From a virus (Duplodnaviria > Caudoviricetes): 64,000 bases of DNA. The position numbers were made by a program, and so were the translations under genes. How positions within the stretch are numbered: the stretch's first letter is position 1; each line of letters opens with the position of its first letter. Below are positions 56,801 through 64,000 of the stretch, in pieces. Location: IMG/VR virus record IMGVR_UViG_3300021400_000027, positions 32,001-96,000 of that record; one strand, 5' to 3'. Under the pieces are notes generated by a model that searched no databases, was not told where the DNA came from, and saw only the letters and a list, made by a program, of their open reading frames with translations.

Positions 56801-57933
56801 AACTTGCAGAATTTACTTTTGCTTTTTACAATGGAAATATTGGTCCAGTATTAAAAACAGGAAGACTTCGTTCTATAATTAGAGATAAGAGTGAAGGAGT
56901 AATAAGGTCTTCATGGTATTAGGTGACAACATGGAGTAAAATGGCAGAGCAATTAAATATGATGTGGGTAACTTCTCGTTCGTTTACGGATGATGATTAC
57001 GATCCTTGTTCAGATACTACTCCATATTCACAAAATGAAAAGGATAAATGGGGATAGAAATTTAATATTGAAAAACTTCATGACTTTTATAATGAAGAAA
57101 ATTTAATTTCGTTAGGAATTCCAGAAGAAGAAAAAGTAGTTATACCAGATAATACAAATTTAACATCTTTTAATTATGGAATAGACGTATCAGAAGAATA
57201 GAAGACAATTAATTGGAACACTTTTAGTACAAATACGTCTTCAAATATGGCTAATGCAACTTTTAAAAGAGATTTCGTTATAATTAAAGCTGGCTATGGA
57301 AAATATACGTCTCAAATTGATTAGCAATTTGCTAATAATGTAAACGGATGTAAAACTAATAGTATACCTTTTGGCTTGTATTATCATGCATATGCTCAAT
57401 CTGAGGCAGAAGCAGAACAAGAAGCACAAACATTTTTAAGTATAGCTAATGGAATTTGTGTACCTTCGGATTTAACACTACCAGTTTATTACGAATATGA
57501 TTTAATTAATTCTAATGCCGGCAATATAATTGAAGCCTTTTGTAGAAAAATTGAATAGGCTGGTTTTACTCCCGGATTATGTATTAATGAGTCTAAGCTA
57601 TATGATAAAATAAAGAAGAATAAAGATACTACATAGCTTTCTATAAAAAGGAATACTTATATAAAAAATAATATTGTAGATAGAAAGAGAACATGGGTTA
57701 AATATTATCCTTATAAAGGAGTTAATGGTATGCCAGATGCTGAACAAAGGAAATGTCTTGATTTATTTAAAGATGAAGAAGGGAATTATTTATATGGAAT
57801 TTGGCAATATTCTAATGGTACTGAAACTAATTTAACTAAGGATAATAATAACCAATTAATTGAAAGTCGAGAAATTAATGGTATTAATACTAATACCACT
57901 ATTAATAGAGATATTTTATTTTATGGCTTATGA
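53848..57933 (+). CDS. Large putative virion protein, paralog B, with C-terminal GH25-like muramidase domain (~1361 aa, TAG=Gln)
   Basis: Fragments 54556 to 57730 are all frame 1, joined by TAG; C-terminal YGIDVS..FVIIKAGYG..PFGLYYHAYA..IWQYS. Confidence 0.78.
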
Positions 57934-57945
57934 GAGGTGATTTAA

Positions 57946-58143
57946 ATGCCAGAACTAAATGAGCAAAACGGAATGCATGAAGCTGATATTACTTGGGCAG
58001 ATTACAAATCAATAATTGCCGCAGGCGGATATGAGCCAGACAAAATTTATTTCATTGAGGACTTATCAAGCCAATCTGAGGCTTTAAGAGACCTATTAAC
58101 AACAATGAATTAGTTATAGGCTTTGATTAACAATCATACTTAA
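57946..58143 (+). CDS. Small hypothetical protein (65 aa, TAG=Gln)
   Basis: GAGGTG RBS; MPELNEQNGMHEADITWADY..PDKIYFIED; ends TAA. Confidence 0.65.
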
Positions 58144-58218
58144 AAATAGTAAAATGTTGCGCCGGCACGCATTAAATTGATGAGTGGCGGCGCAAAATAA
58201 ATTGAGAGGTGAAATTAA

Positions 58219-61044
58219 ATGGGTGTAATTATAAGAAATGGTAACGCTTATGGCGGATTTGATAAAGACTTTACTGTAGTAGAAAGTTTAGCTAGCATTG
58301 AATCGCCAAAAACAGAACATTTATATGCAGTTGGAAAGAAACTTTATTATCATAATGGTACTGAATGGATTGAGTTTAATCCTGATATTGAAATTCCGAT
58401 TGGAACTCCGGAAGTTATTAATGCAGAAGAAAATCAAATTTTAGTTGGAGATGGAGATGGATGGACTAAAGGCTCTCATTTTAAATAGTTAAATGGTTCT
58501 TTTGGTGCTGGTATTGATGTTTCAGAAAATGTTCCAATTGAATTTGGTTATAGAGATGGAGACGACTTTAAATATGGTTTATAGATTAAAGCAACTCCTA
58601 ATATTCCTAAAAAAGTAAGACATTGGTCTAATGAATTTGATGGACCTACGATAATCGTAGATGGTGGTTTTATTGAATTAAAAACACAAGGAGCATCTTA
58701 GGAACATTGGACTGGACCAAATATTTCTTTAAGAGGAGATAGTTTAATTGATATTTCAAGTACTCCTACTACTCCATATTATACGCCTTTAAAAAATGAA
58801 GACCATTAGCGTATTAGATAGGCTTTTGATTTACCTCAATATCCAAGCGTAAAATTTACAGCTACTAATATACCAATGTTAAAAATGAAAGATAGTGCAA
58901 CAATAATTATGGAAGAAAATTCTTTACTTCAAATGAAAAATGATGCTATTGTTGAAGTTAGTGGTGCAGCGAAAGTTTCAATTGATGGATATTATAGTAC
59001 TAAAGGCGGCCCTATAGTTAGTGGACCGGACCCAACAGAAGTATTTATTGGACCGGGGTCACATATTAAAATAAGTGGATAGGGCCGTGATAAAACAGGC
59101 TATCCATATGCTGCGATTTCATCCCCATATTTTTGTATGGAAAAAGACCATATAATAATGGCAGTTTTCCCTCCAAGTTCATCAACAATTGAGTATAAGT
59201 CTGGGGGAGATACTTCATTTAGAGTTACTCCTGTTTTTGATGGTGGTACAGGATGGGCCCCTTCTTTAGGTTTCGGTGATGATTCTTCATTTAATGGCAA
59301 ATAGATTGCTGCACATCCTACTCTATGTGATAATCGTACCACATTGAGCGATTCAATGTTATCTTGGAATGGTAGAATTTAGAATCCATATGTTTTAGTT
59401 CAAGGTAAAACAACTATGGAAATTGGAGATGGCGGTGTAATTGGTATTAAAATGGGACCAGAAGAAGGTGGAGTCTTAGGTATTGATTTTACGCCCAGCG
59501 CAGGCTCTTATACTTATATTAAAGCTGGTAGTAAGGGTGGCTCTTCGACTATTTTAGATTTAACAAGTGGTGCCGGAAGTTTTAAGCATATTAAATTTGG
59601 TTTAGAGGACGGTGCGCATTTGGATATGGCTGTAGATTTTGGTGGACATAGTTCAATTAAAATCGCTCCCGGTTCACATGAATCTAATTCTGGTAGCGGT
59701 AACTGTCACCTGCCTACTTAGTTTGCTTTTAATTTAACTCCAGTTCATACTGATATAAGAGCTTAGTGGCATGAGACTTTATGCTATCTTGAAAGTAGAA
59801 AATCTTATATTAAAACATCTGATATTAATCATATTGATATGTCTGGTGGCTTATTAATTTTAAGAAGGAAAAAAGAAGAGGTCGCTTCTTCTTCTTCATG
59901 GCGAGTATATGCAGATACGAATACATATACATATCAAACAAAGACAAATTATAATTCAATTTCTGCATTTTTAGCTGATACTAATAGAAATGAAGAAAAT
60001 ATAGATGCTTTTAATACTGACTTTGGACAAGGTGTCTTTACTAAATATAAACGCATAGTTAATTCAAGTGTAAATTCCGTTCCTTCTGATGGATATGAAG
60101 ATATGTATCAAATTACTCTTTCTAAAGTAATTTGTGATGGAGATATAGTTGTTAATTCAAATACTCCTGTTAATAACTATACTACTTGGTCTTAGGTATA
60201 GAGAAACTCTTCTTATACTTATATAGTTAATAGAGACGGTATGACAAAGAAGGATACTTCTACTTTTAGCGTATCTGGCTATAAGATTCAATTAAAAGAT
60301 ATGCATTTTATTAAAAAGGAATTTACAGTAAAAGGACTTAAAAACTCCTATGATACTCAAACAGTAACATCTTTTGCTGATTTAAATGCAGAAGATTAGG
60401 CAATTATTTAGGCAGATTTAGAAAATTAGGGCTATACAAATATTGACTTTTCTGCTGCAAAATTATCTTCTTCTACTGTTCGTTCAGATATGCGTTATGA
60501 TACTACTATTTCTAATATACAATATTATACTGGTTCTCCAATGGCACATGATTATAGTGGAGTTGTTTAGCCTACTGACGATTATGAAGGATTGCCAATT
60601 CTTCAATTATGTGGTATGTCAAGTATTTTAATGGGTGATTATGTTTATTCTGATAATACTTTTTATGAGTCTTAGGAGGACTTACCTTTATCTGGAGATT
60701 ATGTAGATGTTACAGCATTTAAACAATCTACCGCTTACTCTGCGCTTATAACAGACTTAAAATAGAATAATAGAAATCTAATTAGTTTAGGTAACATATC
60801 CAAGAATCCCGGTTCAACGGCAAATACTTATAAATATTTTTATTCATATGTATATAGACAACATATGATTGCAAGAGATAATCCTATTATTGATGTTCAA
60901 GGAAAATCAACATTATAGCTTGAAAACTTTAATATTAAAGGTTATATCGGAGAAAATGGACCAACAGTTGAATTTGGATATGAAGGAACAACAGTAAGTT
61001 TTACTATTGACGAATTACAAAGATTAAAAGCATTATTAAGCTAA
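58219..61044 (+). CDS. Putative tail fibre / receptor-binding protein (~941 aa, TAG=Gln)
   Basis: GAGGTG RBS; N-terminal LYYHNGTEW fibre-like motif and Gly/Ser-rich beta-repeat middle; fragments 58219/58876/59416/59839 in the same frame; TAA at 61042. Confidence 0.65.
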
Positions 61045-61071
61045 ATTTATTGCAATTAAACAATTATTCTT

Positions 61072-61100
61072 TTGACTTCTTTAAAATTCTATGCTATAAT
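61072..61100 (+). promoter_or_regulatory. SigmaA-type promoter for the glycoside hydrolase gene
   Basis: TTGACT-N17-TATAAT with extended TG. Confidence 0.75.
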
Positions 61101-61134
61101 TAATGCATAAAATAATTCAAAAGGAGTGATTCAA

Positions 61135-62247
61135 ATGGCTACATTTGTTAATTTTGGAACAGACGGCGGTGAATTCGCCGAAACTAACTTCATTGGCGGT
61201 CCAAACATTGGCTACTCAGATGGCTCACCTTTCTTAAGTGCAAATCGTCCAGTGCCGTCTTTCGACCCCAAAGAAAAAATTTGTGGCTTCACATACGGAT
61301 ATATGGCTAATCGTGGGGAGTATCGCTCCCCCCGAGGTGTCGACTCTCAACGTAGACTCTTCGACCTCGGCGTGAATTGGATTTGTTTGGCAATTGCTAA
61401 TTATCAAAACAAATACTATTCAACCGAAATCCATGCAGACTACTTAAAAACACCTACTGACCGTGACATTGCGGCAGTTGTTGAGAGGGCGCACAATAAT
61501 GGTGTTAAGGTCTGTTTAAAACCAATGGTAAATACAGAAGATGGCGTGTGGAGAGCACATATCGGATTCCCTGACCTTCATTCAGGAGACATGGACTATT
61601 ATTGGAAACAGTGGTTCATTAGCTATAAAAATTTCTTACTCCACTATGCTGAACTTGCACAAGAACTTAATTGTGAAATGTTATGTATTGGTTGTGAAAT
61701 GATTGGTACAGAGCATAGAAAATATGATTGGCTTTATTTAATTGAGCAAGTTAGACGTGTTTATAGTGGTAAAATTGTTTATAATGCTAACCATGACCGA
61801 GAGGACGCAGAAAGTTGGTTTGACGAACTCGATTATATTGGTACTTCTGCTTATTACCCTGTCGGACAGAACGGCATTAATGAACAGGCTATGAGAGATG
61901 AATGGCAGAAAATTAAGTGGAGACTTGATGCTATTGCTGAAAGTAGAAATAAGCAATATATTTTTATGGAGACGGGTTGCCGCTCTGCTACAGGAAATTC
62001 AGTAGAACCTTGGGATTTCAGCGACAAGTTCAACGAATTTAATGACCATGAGTAGGCTCTTTACTATTCAACTTGTATGGACGTATTTAAAGATGAGCCT
62101 AAGTTTGCTGGTGTATTCTGGTGGGATTGGCCTACTATATTACCTAGTCAAGAGTTCACAAAGAAAGACCTCACTTATTCTATTTATAATAAGGAAGCGG
62201 AACGAACTCTTAATAAAATTTATAGAGGAATTAGAGGGGTGAGATAA
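61135..62247 (+). CDS. Glycoside hydrolase, GH113 (beta-mannanase)-like TIM barrel (370 aa, one TAG=Gln)
   Basis: VCLKPMV..WRAHI, YAELAQ..CIGCEM, YNANH, GTSAYYP, FMETGCRS, PWD, E*ALYY and GVFWWDW; read-through of TAG 62053 completes the barrel and gives TAATG coupling. Confidence 0.82.
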
Positions 62248-62990
62248 TGCCTGAAATTGAAAACGAGAAAAAACTAAGTAAGCATAAATTTTCTTATGAC
62301 ATTCAAAGAAAATAGTATGTTGAAGGTGACGAAAAGTTTAATACTGAAATGAAAGAAGATGGTTATATATTCTAGTTTGACCGCCTTTATACAGCTCATG
62401 ATGATTAGGATTTAAAGACTTATAAATTTAAAGCTAAATTAACAGAAGAAACTTTAGAAAAAGAGTCCGATGAAGATAGTGAAGTAACCAATATAAGTGA
62501 TGAACAAAATGCTCCATTTGTTTGGTCGTTACTTGATAATGAAATTTGGCATATTGATACTACAATTGCTGATTATAATGCAATGGTAGATACACTTTGG
62601 TAGAATGTATATGATGATACTACTGGAGAACGCCTAAATGAACAAGAAGAAGAAACTATAAATGCAGAACGTGGCGTTCAGTATTATAAAGAAATGAATA
62701 TTATCCTTAATAATGAGGAGTATCATTTACCAGAAGATTGGAATGGTAAAGATAAAATTTATTTCATTACTGATATGAATCCAGAAACCAATCTCGATGT
62801 ATCAAAAACTTATCCACAAATTCCAGAAGGCACAGATGGAATTATTGAATAGGCAATTGGAACAATTGTTAAAGGTCTTAAAGCTCTTGTTACTTTAGAA
62901 GTTGATTATGATGATGTTGTCGCCGGTGGCATTAATCCAGAGGAATATGGTTTTAAAAAGAGCGAAAGTGGAAAGCTGATTAAATCCTAA
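62247..62990 (+). CDS. Acidic hypothetical protein (247 aa, TAG=Gln)
   Basis: TAATG overlap; open through TAGs to TAA 62988; absent from the code-11 track. Confidence 0.7.
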
Positions 62991-63034
62991 AAGTCAATCA
63001 TTAGATTGACTTTTTTATTTTTCTTTAGTATAAT
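62990..63034 (+). promoter_or_regulatory. Fused terminator / sigmaA promoter
   Basis: AAAGTCAATC-ATTA-GATTGACTTT hairpin with T-tract; TTGACT(63006)-N17-TATAAT(63029). Confidence 0.75.
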
Positions 63035-63063
63035 TTAAGAAAAAGTTTTGGAGGGATATTTTA

Positions 63064-64000
63064 ATGGAATTTAATGTACGTCAAAAAAAAGTTATAAATG
63101 CAGAAGAGCCTAAAATTCTCTGCTTATCTTCCGCCGCCAGTGGCAAAACTCGTGTACTCACTGAAAGAGTTAGAGTTTTAATTGAAGAAAAAGGTGTGCC
63201 GGCGAAGGAAATCGTAGCAATTACTTTCACCAATCTTGCAGCAGATGAAATGAGGAAAAGATTAGGTTCAATTGCAGAAGGAATGTATATTGGTACGATT
63301 CATGCCTATGCGGCGAGAATTTGTTATGAAAATAATATAGATGTTTAGCATTTTATTGATACTGAATACTTTGATAAAATTTTGGATAAGGCTTTAACTA
63401 TCAGCAGAAGTCACTATCCTAAAGTTCGTCATCTTTTAATTGATGAGTGTCAGGATTTAAATGACCTTAACTATCGCTTCATCAATCGCATTCCGGCGGA
63501 AAACATCTTTTTCGTAGGTGACGAGAAACAAATGATTTATCAGTTTAGAGGAGCTTCTGAAAAAGAACTTATGAATATCTATAAAGACGTTAATTATAAA
63601 AAGTATTATCTTATAGATAATTATCGTAATGCTCCTTCAATTGTAGAATTTGCAGAAGATTTTCTTGCAAGTTCACATCATTTAAGTCCTCTTTCCAATC
63701 CTGTAAAAAAGAAAAGAGGAACAGTAGTGGAATGTTCTTTTAGAGAAGCGGTTGAAGAATTAGAATATAGTGGCAACTGGGGGTCTTGGTTTGTACTAGG
63801 AAGAACTAATGCTCAAATTCAAGAAGCCCAACGTATCCTTAATGAAAAAGGAATCCCTAATATTAGTTTTAAGAAAGGAGATTTTGACCTTGATGAATTA
63901 ACAGAATTAATGGCATCAGATAAAGTTAAAGTCCTTACCATTCATACGGCAAAAGGGCTTGAAAATAAAAATGTAATTGTTACTGGTGCTAAATTATATA
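63064..64000 (+). CDS. uvrD: Compact UvrD/PcrA-family SF1 helicase (3' truncated by window; TAG=Gln)
   Basis: SAASGKT, AITFTN, GTIH, IDECQD, VGDEKQMIYQFRGA, DNYR, GRTN and TIHTAKGLE motifs; read-through at TAG 63346. Confidence 0.85.

Noticed and set aside
136-61956. Many short ORFs in the track that are antisense or out of frame (e.g. 136-372, 13069-13407, 15273-15611, 38958-39269, 40605-40934, 53120-53344)
   Set aside because: They are shadows of longer, motif-supported genes, with no RBS or recognisable motifs
1-64000. CRISPR array, suppressor tRNA, integrase/transposase or diversity-generating retroelement
   Set aside because: No regularly spaced repeats, cloverleaf, recombinase or reverse transcriptase motifs were recognised in this window; they may lie elsewhere in the genome

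Overview
This window is a segment of a large, AT-rich tailed phage genome that probably infects an anaerobic Clostridia/Ruminococcus-like host. It uses an alternative genetic code in which TAG = Gln (code 15). The supplied code-11 ORF track therefore fragments many genes; reading TAG as Gln restores long genes that end in TAA/TGA, many of them coupled by TAATG/ATGA overlaps. Layout: (1) + strand tail module, 1-11832: tape measure, Dit-like protein and a large tail protein. (2) A translationally coupled six-gene cassette of unknown function, 11984-14949. (3) A - strand replication and nucleotide-metabolism arm, 14973-46559: RuvC, dUTPase, ClpP, DnaE, RecJ-like, primase, DnaB, PhoH, Sak4-like ATPase, SSB, GyrA/GyrB, NrdDG, ligase, RNase H, exonuclease and a kinase. 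This arm also contains a ~590-nt promoter-to-terminator non-coding, hairpin-rich RNA of ROOL-like size. (4) A divergent switch at ~46.6 kb with a GCGAAGC hairpin element, a candidate origin. (5) A + strand arm: HPr/Crh-like protein, dockerin-bearing protein, endolysin, holin, two paralogous giant proteins (one with a GH25 domain), a fibre-like protein, a GH113 mannanase-like enzyme and a compact UvrD. Across the window GCCGGC is strongly over-represented, while GATC and CCWGG are nearly absent. All coordinates were derived by hand and family assignments come from motif recognition, not database searches.
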